Assembly (NCBI GenBank): GCA_038087875.1
Contig: JAXLNO010000246.1
Span: 62,001-126,000 of the forward strand
DNA: 64,000 nt
From: Malacoraja senta
Lineage: Eukaryota
Direction: 5' to 3'
The translations under genes and the position numbers were made by a program. Position 1 is the first letter of the stretch, and each line of letters starts with the position of its first letter. Of this stretch, positions 40,409-51,964 are shown one piece after another. The notes beneath the pieces are model-generated. The model did no database searches. It was given only the letters and a program-made list of their open reading frames with translations, and was not told where the DNA came from.

Positions 40409-43400
40409 ATGCATGACGACAATCAAAAGAAAATAGGAGGAATCACATTATGTAGTTGGAATATAAGGGGGATTAATGAACCTATTAAAAGGGGCAAGAT
40501 ACTAGCTCAGTTGAAATCATACAACACGGACATAGCGTTTCTACAGGAAACACATCTTAAACAGCAAGATCAGACAAGACTGAGGGCGAACTGGATAGGC
40601 CAAACATTTCACTCTTCATTTACCTCTAAATCTAGAGGTACTGCAATTATTATTCGTAAAGGAATTCCATTTAAATCAAAGAACACTATTTTAGATAAGG
40701 AAGGGAGATATCTTATAGTAGCAGGGGAGATCAATAATATGCCAATCACGCTGGTAAACATATATGCGCCCAACTTTGATAACCCTCAATTTTTTAATAA
40801 AATTCTGAATATAATTGCAGAATCTAATTATCAAAATGTTATAATCGGAGGAGATTTTAATTGTGTTTTAGATCCTTATTTAGATAAATCGATGCAAAAA
40901 CAAAAAGGTCAGACGAAATCTAAAACCAGTGAACTCTTACACACATATATGGAAAACACAAATATAACAGATGTATGGAGGATTGCAAACCCGACGGGAA
41001 GGGATTACTCGTTTTATTCAATGGTGCATAAAACATATTCACGGATAGACTATTTTCTAGTGGATACAAAATTAATCTCGCAATCTTTGAATCCTAAATA
41101 TCATATTAATGCGATCTCAGATCATTCTCCGTTAACTTTTGTTCTAAAACTAGAAGGAATGTCTATGAATAAACCGTTCTGGAGGTTTAACTCACAAATT
41201 TTAAAAGACCCTCAAGGGAGTATCTATCTAAAAAAACAGATGGATCTATTTTTTGAGTTAAATGATACACCAGAGATATCCCCCACGTTATTATGGGAAT
41301 CCTTCAAAGCATTTATAAGAGGAGTCATTATTTCATTTCAAGCTTATCAAAATAAAAAGAATAAGAATGAACAAAGACACTTAGAAGATCAAATAAAACA
41401 GTTAGATATAGATAATGCTAAAGACCCAACTATGGATAAACATAATAAAATACTACTACTGAAATTTCAGTTAAATAAATTACTGTCAGAGAAAGTTATA
41501 ACATTATTTCAAATCACAAAACAAGAACACTTCGAATTCGGGGACAAACCCCACAAACTTCTAGCACGACAACTTAAAAAACGGGAAAAAGAGAATGCAA
41601 TATTAAAGATTAAATCAGATAGAGGGGAAGTATTAACACTACCCAAGGATATTAATAAAAGATTTGCTCAATTTTACCAGAATCTATACACATCTAAAAC
41701 GTCAATAGACAATAATAAAATCTCAGAATTTTTAGATAATTGTAATCTACCACAATTAGAACGCAGGGAACAAGAGGAACTGGGAGCACAAATTACTTCT
41801 AAGGAGATAGAAGACACAATAAAAACACTAAAAAATGGAAAAACACCAGGACCAGACGGATTCAGTAATGAATTTTATAAATCTTTTTATGATATAGTTA
41901 CTCCACGATTACAAAAAATGTATACATATGCTTATAAAGAGCAAAACCTACCTGAAACACTAGCGGAATCAACGATCATATTAATACTTAAAAAAGATAA
42001 AAATATAGAAGAACCAGGATCATATAGAGCTATTGCTTTGTTAAATACGGATCAGAAAATAATAGCAAAAACATTAGCCAATAGATTAAGCAAGTATGTT
42101 AGTAGACTAATACATGAGGATCAAACAGGATTTATACCTAAGAGACACTCATTTAATAATTTGAGACGTTTGCTTAACATAATGCATTCACATAAATCTT
42201 ATGACCAAGAGTTAGCTATCATCTCACTGGACGCAGAAAAAGCGTTTGATCAAGTAGAATGGGACTATATGATCAAAGTATTGCAAAAATTCCAATTGGG
42301 AGAAAACTTTATTGCATGGATAAAACTACTATATAACAAACCTACGGCTAGAATACTAACTAATAATATATTATCTTCAAAATTCGAATTATCTAGGGGC
42401 AACAGACAAGGATGTTCACTATCACCGCTGTTATTTGCTTTGGTAATTGAACCCCTTGCTGAAAAAATAAGAACACACTCGAATATTCACGGTTATAACA
42501 CAAAATATTCAAACAACAAACTATCCCTATATGCTGATGATGTACTACTGTACATCACAAAACCACAAATTAGTATACCAAATATATTAAACTTAATTGA
42601 GGACTTTGGATCCTTTTCAGGATATAGAATAAATTGGAACAAAAGTGAAATTATGTCGATTAAACCAAAAGATTCAACACATCTCAGGAAATTCCCTTTT
42701 AAAATAGCTATGGAAAAATTCAAATATTTAGGAATTGAGATTACTAGAAATTACCATGATATGTTTAAAGCTAATTATAATCCCCTACTTAAGAAATTAA
42801 ATAATCTGATTAAATTTTGGAAAACACTTCCGATGTCCTTAATAGGTAGGATAAATGCTATAAAAATGATTTTCTTACCACAAATCCTTTACCTATTTCA
42901 ATCAATACCTATATATCTCCCAAAAAAGTTTTTCAAAAAACTGGACTCAGACATTACAAATTTTATATGGGATTACAAATCCCACAGAATACAAAGAACA
43001 CACCTTAACAAACGAAAAGAGTTGGGGGGTCTAGCGCTCCCTAACTTTATGTATTATAACTGGGCAGTAAATATTAAAAATATGATTCACCTGCTGGACA
43101 ATTCTGCCCAGCAGGTGGACTGGATTATAATGGAAAAAGGGGATTGCTCCCCGAATAATATAGGAGCGATTATTCTCTCTCCAATAAACTTGAATAATAA
43201 AAATTATAATAAAAATCCAATTATATATAGCACTATTAGAACATGGAAGCAAATAAAACAGAATCTAAAATTAAGAAACCTATCTCTCTTAATACCAATA
43301 GTCAATAACCCATCGTTTAAACCTTCAATCATAGATAAAGCATTTATACAATGGGAAAGAATGGGAATTAAAACGCTCGAAGATCTGTATGAATTAGAAA

Positions 43401-44200
43401 AATTACTATCATTCCAACAACTACAACTGAAATATAATTTGAAAAATAATCAATATTTTAAATATATACAAATCTGTGACTATTTGAAAACACACACAAA
43501 AGATTATTATAATATGCCTTCCGACTTACTAGATGAAGCAATGAAGACAAAGGCGGAATCAGCTAATTTAATATCATACTTATATAATATCATCTTAAAT
43601 ATAGAAATACCCACAACAGATGGAATTAGAAGAGATTGGGAACAAGATCTAGGTATAAAAATTTCAAAAGAGAGTTGGGATAATCATTTATTACAGGTGC
43701 ATAAATGCTCGATCAACGTACGACATACGCTTATCCAATTTAAAACATTACATAGATTATATTATTCAAAAACCAAACTAAATAAAATCTTTCCTAACGT
43801 CTCACCAATCTGTGATAAATGTATATGTCAAGAAGCTACCATAGCACATTCTTTTGTTTTTTGTACAAAAATCCAAAAATTCTGGTTTGAAATATTTGAT
43901 ATTTTTTCAAAATTAATCAAAATAAAACTGGTACCAAAACCAGAATGGATTATTTTTGGAATATCGGAAGGTATTCCTGAATTAAACGTGTATCAGAAGA
44001 ATTTACTCAATTATGGGCTAATAATGGGAAAAAAGCTTATACTTAAATTCTGGAAAAATGCGCCCACACCAACAATAAAAATGTGGACATCAAATATGTT
44101 GGAAACATTACATCTGGAAGAGATGAGATTCCTCCTAGTAGGCAAAGCAGATCAATTTCAAAAGACGTGGTCTACGTTTTTGGACCTATTACAAGCATGA
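40409..44200 (+). CDS. L1 ORF2p (APE endonuclease, RT, CCHC), 1263 aa from ATG
   Basis: SWNIRG, LQET, GGDFN, SDH, QGCSLSP, YADD, CDKC..H..C; no stops. Confidence 0.97.
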   Translation: MHDDNQKKIGGITLCSWNIRGINEPIKRGKILAQLKSYNTDIAFLQETHLKQQDQTRLRANWIGQTFHSSFTSKSRGTAIIIRKGIPFKSKNTILDKEGRYLIVAGEINNMPITLVNIYAPNFDNPQFFNKILNIIAESNYQNVIIGGDFNCVLDPYLDKSMQKQKGQTKSKTSELLHTYMENTNITDVWRIANPTGRDYSFYSMVHKTYSRIDYFLVDTKLISQSLNPKYHINAISDHSPLTFVLKLEGMSMNKPFWRFNSQILKDPQGSIYLKKQMDLFFELNDTPEISPTLLWESFKAFIRGVIISFQAYQNKKNKNEQRHLEDQIKQLDIDNAKDPTMDKHNKILLLKFQLNKLLSEKVITLFQITKQEHFEFGDKPHKLLARQLKKREKENAILKIKSDRGEVLTLPKDINKRFAQFYQNLYTSKTSIDNNKISEFLDNCNLPQLERREQEELGAQITSKEIEDTIKTLKNGKTPGPDGFSNEFYKSFYDIVTPRLQKMYTYAYKEQNLPETLAESTIILILKKDKNIEEPGSYRAIALLNTDQKIIAKTLANRLSKYVSRLIHEDQTGFIPKRHSFNNLRRLLNIMHSHKSYDQELAIISLDAEKAFDQVEWDYMIKVLQKFQLGENFIAWIKLLYNKPTARILTNNILSSKFELSRGNRQGCSLSPLLFALVIEPLAEKIRTHSNIHGYNTKYSNNKLSLYADDVLLYITKPQISIPNILNLIEDFGSFSGYRINWNKSEIMSIKPKDSTHLRKFPFKIAMEKFKYLGIEITRNYHDMFKANYNPLLKKLNNLIKFWKTLPMSLIGRINAIKMIFLPQILYLFQSIPIYLPKKFFKKLDSDITNFIWDYKSHRIQRTHLNKRKELGGLALPNFMYYNWAVNIKNMIHLLDNSAQQVDWIIMEKGDCSPNNIGAIILSPINLNNKNYNKNPIIYSTIRTWKQIKQNLKLRNLSLLIPIVNNPSFKPSIIDKAFIQWERMGIKTLEDLYELEKLLSFQQLQLKYNLKNNQYFKYIQICDYLKTHTKDYYNMPSDLLDEAMKTKAESANLISYLYNIILNIEIPTTDGIRRDWEQDLGIKISKESWDNHLLQVHKCSINVRHTLIQFKTLHRLYYSKTKLNKIFPNVSPICDKCICQEATIAHSFVFCTKIQKFWFEIFDIFSKLIKIKLVPKPEWIIFGISEGIPELNVYQKNLLNYGLIMGKKLILKFWKNAPTPTIKMWTSNMLETLHLEEMRFLLVGKADQFQKTWSTFLDLLQA

Positions 44201-44635
44201 GGTGCAATAGTAATTTAGAAAAACAAATAAATAAATAAAAGGTATCTGGACCTGGTAATGGGAGGTAAAATAAAAATAGACTTGGTTGGTAGTTCCTTCT
44301 CTATGAAGTATGGTATAAGAGTCATAATAGAGCGATTGTTCCTTCTTTCTTTCTCTTTTTTTTCTAGGGTCTATTTTCTAACTTTACTTCCTTCTCTAAC
44401 CTCTTTTCTAAGGGGCTTTCTTTTCCCAACACTCTTTCGCACTTCACAACCTTTGCGCACTTTCTTCACTTTTCTTACTTCTTTCTTTTTCTTTCTTAAA
44501 GTTTAAAAAAGTGAAGCGGTACAAAAAATGTATTAATATATACGTGTTGTACATTACTGTAATCTACCGTACTTCTAAAAAATAAAAAATAAAAAAAAAT
44601 AAAAAAAAAAAAAAAAGAACTAAGGTTATTGATTC

Positions 44636-44697
44636 TCATAAATACACGGAGAATTCAGGGTTTGACGGGAATAACCAACAATATTCAGCACGATATG
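44636..44697 (-). pseudogene. Terminal Tyr-motif exon (AYRAEYCWLFPSNPEFSVYL*)
   Basis: atatag acceptor, phase-1 open frame, conserved stop; its 3' flank continues at 37920-38003 beyond the L1. Confidence 0.5.
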
Positions 44698-44979
44698 CTA
44701 TATAATACACTATACTCTGCATTATGTATCTTCCTCCACGCTCCGACTACAGGACTTTAATTGATGTATCGATGTATGGCATATCTGGACTGAATAGATA
44801 GCGTGCAAAGCCACGCTTTCCACTGCATCTAGGAACATGTGACAATAATAGACCAGCCTCATCTTACCTGATTTAATGATCTGATATAAGTAACAACCAT
44901 GAACAGAGCGGGATGTTCGTAGTACGATGGCTCTAAGAATGTCCATGTAACGGAAACTGTATTGATTAAACAAGTGAAG

Positions 44980-45109
44980 GTGTTGAATGGCGGTTAACTA
45001 CAAATGAACTATTGGACAACTGTGAAGACACGGTGACGAGTGGGCGCGGCTGGAAGAACACAGTAAAACACCCGATACCGTATCGTGGACCGTATTAATT
45101 GCCGGGCAT
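44980..45109 (-). pseudogene. TM-like exon, diverged
   Basis: Aligns to 2999-3126; acceptor AG mutated. Confidence 0.4.
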
Positions 45110-45646
45110 TTGCAATACAACATAAATCATAATATACTCAGCAGACTCAGAAAACTCAAATGTAATGTCAGAAGTAAATTATCTGACCTAAGTTTGTCCC
45201 TTTTACCCAGCACCATCTTTATGTCAAGTCTTCACTTCAGGTTCCTTGTAGATCTTGCCCCTCTCACCTTAACCCTATGATATCTGATTTGTGATTCTAC
45301 ATCCTGGATAAAAGACTGCATTCATCCTAATTATTCGTGTCATGATTTTACACACTCTATATCATCACCACTCAGCTTCCTTCGCTTCAGTGAATAAAGT
45401 CCTCACCTCTCTCTACAGCTGGGACACACAAGGACATGGCAGTACAGTCCAGCTATAACTACTGACGGTGATACCACATGTGGAGAAACGTGTAGAGACT
45501 GGACCTAGAGTCATAGTCACACGGCAGAGAAACAGACCCAGCAACTCTTTGTGTCCATGCTACCCAATTACTGAATCACATTTACTAGCAATTGGTCCAC
45601 AGAATATTATGCCCTGTCTCTCTCTTTTAATGAAGGTGATTATTAC

Positions 45647-46122
45647 CTTTGAAGCGGTGTAGAGTCCAAGTCGAGATTTATCCAGAGCATAAAGTAGCTG
45701 TGAGACGATCACCAATTAATCAGATCCTCTACTGTGTACAGTTGCTAAGACCAACAAGTGAATTTATTGACATTGATTTGTGGGACTGCGACGCCCTGAC
45801 AGGATAGATCTTCAATGCAATAAACAACGGATATAAGGATGATTACGTTGGGATCAGAAGATCAGATTATGATTTCACCTTGGAGTGACTGAGATGAGAT
45901 GTAATTTACTCTCTCAGATATATCTGCATGGAGAGTACCCTCTCCTCCAGAAAACGACTATGTCCATTTGTTAAATACATACAAGCGAAGTTCTTTGTGG
46001 ACAAGAGGGAACTGAAGACTAATGTGACCAGCTATGGAAATGAACTTGATTCCAGGATCAGTTTGATAATTAATTGTCTGAACAGGCCTGAGCTTGGCAT
46101 TGTGCGTGTGTACCGTGTGTAC
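45647..46122 (-). pseudogene. Decayed Ig VJ-like exon (best-readable copy)
   Basis: cag|GT ACA CAC acceptor; one frame gives C-x17-W (DIVVFWRRG) … QCQ*IHLLVLATVHSRGSD*LVIV; ALKIYPV in an adjacent frame; AAG|GTAATA donor. Confidence 0.55.
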
Positions 46123-46139
46123 CTGTGTCCACAGCCTAG

Positions 46140-46800
46140 GAATGTGCTCCGCCCTCTGCCGCTGCTTTCTCGGCTCTGCGGCCCACGGACCTGAGTCAGT
46201 GACGATAGGTGACAATATATCCTCCATAATAACTCTCAACACCGGCGCCCTGCAAGGGTGATTTCTCGGTCCCCTGCGATTCTCTCTTTACACTCTCCAT
46301 TGTTCTCTGACGACAATCCTGTGATGGGCCGGATCAGGGACAATGATGAGGTGGAGTTCAGGGAAGAGATAGTGAACCTACTCACATTGTGTCAGAACAA
46401 TAGCCTCTCCATCATCATCGTCAAGACGAAGGGGCTAGTTATTAATTCCTGGAAGCAAGGTGGAGTACATGCGTAAATCAGGATTAGTGGGGCGGAAGTG
46501 GAAATAGTTGAGGCTCAAGTTTGGAGTTAATATTAACACCGATGTGTCCGGGATGAACCACAAAGTTCAGTCAACCAAGAAGGACCACTCGACTTCCGGA
46601 GGAGACTGCCAAAACCTCTACAAACATCTCCAGATGTGCCATTGAAAGCATAAGGTCAGGATGTATCACAGCCTGGTTTGGAAATAGTTCTAGCCAAGAT
46701 GGCAAGATATTGCAGAGACATTTTATATTGTGTCCATGTAGGGTGTGACTGGTCTGAGTGGATAGCATGCAAAACCAGGCTTTTCACTGTAACTACGTGC
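46140..46800 (+). mobile_element. Degenerate Rex1-type RT fragment
   Basis: ITLNTGALQG, DD..V.G.I.DNDE..FREE, KTK.LV motifs. Confidence 0.8.
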
Positions 46801-46949
46801 ATGCGCCAATAATACATCTAGCCGAACCCAGACAAATCTAATGATTGGAGATAAGTAACAACTGTGATCAGAGCGTGAATATAAGTACAGTGATGGGATC
46901 ACAGATTACCCACGTGACACAGCCGGTGTTTATATATACAAGAGAAGTT

Positions 46950-47073
46950 GATGCATCCTTGTTAACCGCAAATGAACAGTTCGACAAATGCGTGAGAAGA
47001 TGAGGTGTGGGAGTAGGAGACAGTAGAGTAAAATGCTGGTACTGTATTGCGGACCGCAGTTATTGCTGGGCAT
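46950..47073 (-). pseudogene. TM-like exon (NNCGPQYSTSILLYCLLLPHLIF..)
   Basis: Hydrophobic read; aligns to the other module-2 copies. Confidence 0.45.
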
Positions 47074-47124
47074 CGGAAATGAAGTAGGAAAAAAGGATAA
47101 ACCCAGAAGATTCAGAAGATGCAG

Positions 47125-47470
47125 GAAACATGGACGCAGGAAACATGTTCCCGATGTTGGCGGAGTCCAGAACCAGGGGCCAGAGTTTAAGAATAAGGAG
47201 TAAGCCATTTAGAACGGAGACGAGGAAACACTTTTTCTCACAGACAGTGGTGAGTCTGTGGAATTATCTGCCTCAGAGGGTGGACGCCGGTTCTCTGGAT
47301 GCTTTCAAGAGAGAGCGAGATAGGGCTCTTAAAAATAGCGGAGTCAGGGGATATGGGGAGAAGGCAGGAACGGGGTACTGATTGGGGATGATCAGCCATG
47401 ATCATATTGAATGGCGGTGCTGGATCGAGGGGCCGAATGGCCTACTCCTGCACCTATTGTCTATTGTCTA
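47125..47470 (+). mobile_element. CR1 3' fragment
   Basis: DAGNMFPM…WNYLP…GYGEKAG; CTATTGT tail. Confidence 0.9.
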
Positions 47471-47564
47471 AGACTTCCGCTTGAGAGGACAACGTATCTA
47501 ATGTCCGAAATGAATGACCTTATCAAAGCTCCAATCTAGTCTAAACAAATGCACGCTGTGTTAA

Positions 47565-48167
47565 GGGCCTGTCCCACTTGCATGCGATTGCATGCGTCTG
47601 GCGCGACCAACCATGGTCGCTTGAGGCGTACGGGCCGTGCGGGGTCGGTCCCACTTCGAAGCGCGGAGGCGTACGGGCCGCGTGGGGCCGGTCCCACTTC
47701 GAAGCGCGGAGGCGTATGGAGTCATGCGGGGCTGGTCCCGACATTGCGCGGGGCTGATCCCGAAATTCCTGCACTGTCCGAACATTCCGCGTGCCAACGG
47801 CCTGTCGACCCACAGGCGCATTGAGGGCGTACGCAGCGTCCTGATGGCGTACGCAGCGTCTTGACGTCGTCCGCAGCGTCTTGGCGGCGTACGCCTAGCG
47901 CGTGGCATTGCGCTATGACGTCATCGCCCGGCGTGCCGTTGCGCGATGACGTCACCGCCCGACGCCGTGCGACGCCCAAATTCAGTCGGCCCACCTCCTG
48001 CCCAGCTGATTGGTAAGTGTGACGCGAATTACGTCGGGCGCGAACTTAGCGCGTACTTCCCGTGTACTTTGCGCGTACTCACCGCGAACTTAGCGCTAAC
48101 AGCGCGAACTTCGCTCCCATTTTGGTCGCGCCAAATGCATGCAGTCGCATACAAGTGGGACAGGCCC
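47565..48167. mobile_element. Non-autonomous DNA transposon (MITE) with 46-bp TIRs
   Basis: GGGCCTGTCCCACTTGCATGCGATTGCATGCGTCTGGCGCGACCAA matches the right end with 4 mismatches; flanks are TTAA and TTCA. Confidence 0.9.
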
Positions 48168-48329
48168 TTCACTGTTACGCAATTCATACGCCCGCAAACA
48201 TTGTCGTTGCACCGCGCTCTAGATGAGAGTGTTAACTGGCTCGTCAGCGCAACTCAACATTGATGCAGAATTAATTGCTGCCCAACATTTATTCCTCAAC
48301 AGAATTAACCAAACCTGGCTACCTATTGC

Positions 48330-49490
48330 AACTTGACCCCACTATCTCCATCGCAGGTGATAGACTTCTAACCGACACCCACTATAAACCTACTGACTCC
48401 CATGGCTATCTAGACTACACTTCTTCCCATCCTGCTTCCAGTAAGGACTCCATCCCCTACTCACAATTCCTCCGTCTACGGCGCATCTGCTCCCAGGATG
48501 AAACGTTCCACACCAGGGCATCCGAAATGTCCTCATTCTTCAGTGAACGGGGGTTCCCCTCCTCCACCATAGATGAGGCTCGCACCAGGGTCTCTGCCAT
48601 ACCCCGCAACACTGCTCTCTCTCCCAATCCCCCCACTCACAACAAGGGCAGAGTCCCCCTAGTCCTCACCTTTCACCCCACCAGCCGTCACATACAACAA
48701 GTGATCCTCCGTCAGTTTCGCCACCTGTAACGTGACCCCACCACTCGCCACATCTTCCCATCTCCCCCCATGTCTGCCTACCGCAAAGACCGCTCCCTCC
48801 GTAACTCCCTTGTCAATTCTTCCATTCCCTCCCGTACCACCCCTCCCCGGGTACTTTCCCTTGCAACCGCAAGAGATGCAACACTTGTCCCTTCACCTCC
48901 CCCCTCGATTCCATTCAAGGACCCAAGCAGTCGTTCCAGGTGCGACAGAGGTTCACCTGCATCTCCTCCAACCTCATCTATTGCATCCGCTGCTCTAGAT
49001 GTCAGCTGATCTACATCGGTGAGACCAAGCGGAGGCTTGGCGATCGTTTCATCGAACACCTCCGGGCGGTCCGCAATAACCAACCTGACCTCCCGGTGGC
49101 TCAGCACTTCAACTCCCCCTCCCATTCCGTAACCGACCTCTCTGTCCTGGGTCTCCTCCATGTCGAGAGCGAGCAACACCGGAAATTGGAGGAACAGCAC
49201 CTCATATTCCGCTTGGGGCGTCTGTATCCTGGGGGCATGAATATTGAATTCTCCCTACTCTGTTAGCCCTCCCCTTCCTCAATCCTCGGGCTGTCTCCTC
49301 CCATCCCTCAGCCCTCGGGCTCCTCCTCCGCCTTTTTCCTTTCTTCTCCCCACCCCCCATCATTCTGAAGAAGGGTTTAGGCCCGAAACGTTGCATATTT
49401 CCTTCGCTCCATAGATGCTGCTGCACCCGCTGAGTTTCTCCAGCATTTTTGGGTACCTTCGATTCTCCAGCATTTGCAGTTCCTTCTTAA
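48330..49490 (+). mobile_element. Penelope-like element 3' part (RT thumb, GIY-YIG endonuclease, pLTR)
   Basis: YKPTDSHGYLDYTSSHP..SIPYSQFLRLRRIC; NLIYCIRC..IYIGETKR..RFIEH. Confidence 0.93.
49365..49392 (+). ncRNA. Minimal hammerhead ribozyme motif in Penelope pLTR
   Basis: CTGAAGA-A-GGGT-TTAG-GCCC-GAAAC-GTT. Confidence 0.6.
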
Positions 49491-49740
49491 ACACCTATTG
49501 CCACTGTCGAGTTGCCCACACAAAGACATAGTGATGAACCCGGCTATAAATACTGACGGTGATACCACGTGTGGAGAAACGTGCACACACTGGACCAATA
49601 GTCATTGAGTCACACAGCAGAGAAATAGGCCGAAACACTGTGTGTGTGTATGCTGTCCAATTACTAAATCCAATCTACCAGCATTTTGTCTGCAGAATAT
49701 TATGCCCTGGCACTATCGTTTTTCAGGAAAGCGATACACA

Positions 49741-50226
49741 TTCGACTCGGGGCAGAGACAGAATTCGAGACGTATCCGTCGCATCAAGTGGCTCTCAAAG
49801 ATGAACAATTGATCAGATCATCCATTCTGTGCAGTTCGTATGAACAACAAATGAATGTATTGACCCCGACATCGGGACTTCTGCGAAGCCTTTGCAGGAT
49901 AGATTTTGAGAGAATTACAGCCCGCATATGGATGATCACATTAGGATCATCGTTCAGAATAAGAATTCACCTTGGAGTGATTGAAGATAGATGTAAAATA
50001 TTCTCGCAGATTTATCTGAATCTACAGTATTATCTACCCCAGAAAACAAGAATGACCATTAATGAAATGTAAACAGGGTTGGGGCGAAGTTATTTGTGGC
50101 AAATAGGGAAATCAACACTGATGAGACCTGAGTGGAAGTGAATAAGGAATCAAAAACAGTTTGTAATTATGATATTGAATTGTCAAACAGACTTGAGCTT
50201 GGCATTGTGCGTGTGACCGTGTGTAC
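49741..50226 (-). pseudogene. Decayed Ig VJ-like exon
   Basis: cag|GT ACA CAC GGT acceptor; ILVFW and SLKIYP; aligns to 45647-46122. Confidence 0.5.
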
Positions 50227-50279
50227 CTGTGTCTGCTGGGAGAATAATGGCTGTTATCTCCAAACCACGGGACCTCGGA

Positions 50280-51350
50280 ATCTGCTCGCCCTCTGTCACT
50301 GCTTCCAAGGCCCCAATGCCCCCGGAGTTCAGTCAGTGAGGAGAGGGGACAGCATCTGCTCCATAATCACTCTCCACATCGGTGCCCTGCAAGGATGTGT
50401 TCTTGGCCTCCATCTATACTCCCTTTACACTCTCGACTATAGGGACACATTTGGCTTTAATGACATCTACAGGTTTGCTCACAACTATTGTGCTGGGTCA
50501 CATCGAGAATAATGACAATATGGAGTGCAGGAGGTAGATAGAGAACTTAGATACATGGTGCCAGGACAATAATCTTCCCCTCAAAGTCAGCAGGACGATG
50601 AAGCTAGTTATTGACTTCAGGAAGCATGGTGCAGAATATGCCCAATCAGCATCAATGGTGCAGAAGTGGAAATGGTTGACAGCTTCCCCTTTGTGTTAAT
50701 ACTATCAAAGGGCTGTCGTGGATCATAGATGCAACAATCCAGAAGGCGCACTAACCCCTTTATATCCTGATGTGACAGATAAATCTCGGCATGTCTCCAG
50801 TGACTCTTCCAAACTTCTGTAGATGCACCAAGGACAGTATAATGTAGGGCTGCTTCTTTTGAGAAAAGCTCTGCCTGAGAACGCAAGCAATTGCAGAGAT
50901 TTGTAGATGTAGCCAAGTCCATCAGACAGACCAGACTTCTCACCACTGAATCCATCTACACTTTACGCTGCCTCGGAAAAGCAGCCAATATTTTCAAAGA
51001 CCTGTTTCACCTCGACCATTCCTTGTTCTCACTGCTCCAGTCAGCAGGAAGTGCACACACGTGAAAGCGCGCACCACCAGTAGCTTATTCCCGTCCGTTA
51101 TCGGGATGCTTAATGGTCCTTCCATAAGATATGGTGCTGTTGAATTCACATGTCCCCTTTGATGACATTGGACTTAGTCTCTGGAGCTGATGCGCTACAT
51201 TGCTGAAACTAGATTCTGCACACTGTAACTTCTCCTTTGCTCTATCTGTTATACGTGAGTTTGAAATGATTGTACCTATGCACAGAATATCTGGTTGCCT
51301 GGATAACATGCAAACACAGTTTATTTCCCACTCTATCTCGGTATATTTCA
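50280..51350 (+). mobile_element. Degenerate Rex1-type RT and 3' fragment
   Basis: ITLHIGALQGCVLG..LYSLYT.D motif. Confidence 0.8.
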
Positions 51351-51639
51351 CAATAATAATCCTAATCCTAAACCTGTACCTGAAACCTAATGTGCCTCGC
51401 ATCTTAATTGTTTACAACTCCGCCAAGCCAGTGGGAGGTCTCAAAGGTGAGATCAGTATTGCATCATCTGTCGCTCTAGCTGTGCGCTTCAGAACAGTTA
51501 AATAAAAGTTTCTGCATCTGCTTGAATGAATCTTTTGTGTTTTTAAAAAAGCTTGAATTCTACAACTGTGAATGTCCGTTTCTTAGGACAAAGATAGACC
51601 AGAATTCCGCAATGCGCTTTGCGCAGATGTTGTTCATTC

Positions 51640-51701
51640 TTACACATTTACGGATAAATCAGGGTTTGATGAGAATAAAGAACGATATTCAGCATGATAG
51701 T
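51640..51701 (-). pseudogene. Terminal Tyr-motif exon (DYHAEYRSLFSSNPDLSVNV*)
   Basis: Open frame, same stop position as paralogues. Confidence 0.45.
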
Positions 51702-51964
51702 CCGCAGCTCGAATTATAGTCTGCATTCTGTTTCTTCGTATTTGCTCTATCCATTGTACAAGTTTGAACTGTTTGTATCTACATATGATATATGTGAAAC
51801 GTTTGGATAGCATGCAATACACAGATTTACACTGTACCCATGTATCCATGAGAGTCATAGACCTCACCAAAGCTGGCCAAACATAATGATCTGTGGTAAG
51901 TAACAACCATGGCGGAGACTGGAGACGATGAAGATTGGGGACCATGTTGATAAACAAGAGAAGC

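Larger units (their letters stand above)
38004..44616 (+). mobile_element. Full-length, apparently intact L1
   Basis: TSD GAACTAAGGTTATTGA at 37988-38003 and 44617-44632; CpG-rich 5'UTR; two intact ORFs; poly(A). Confidence 0.98.

Noticed and set aside
45657..46005. Opposite-strand reading of module 1 also looks V-like (VEIYP..VAV..ILYC..W..FTLE*LR*DV.YS.RYIC..AKFFVD), with a leader-like MLVLYCGPQLLLGIG at 47033 and a CxCP tail at 37925
   Set aside because: Stops are shared between copies in that frame, the inferred acceptor is not AG, and the model needs ~600-bp intergenic gaps. The V-TM-tail order with AG acceptors fits the other strand better. Not fully excluded; an HMM test should score both strands.
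47620..47740. CRISPR-like ~43-bp repeats
   Set aside because: Head-to-tail units without unique spacers, inside a eukaryotic MITE.
49686..50072. 128-aa ORF overlapping module 1
   Set aside because: Its frame is not preserved in the paralogues, and substitutions are spread evenly across codon positions.
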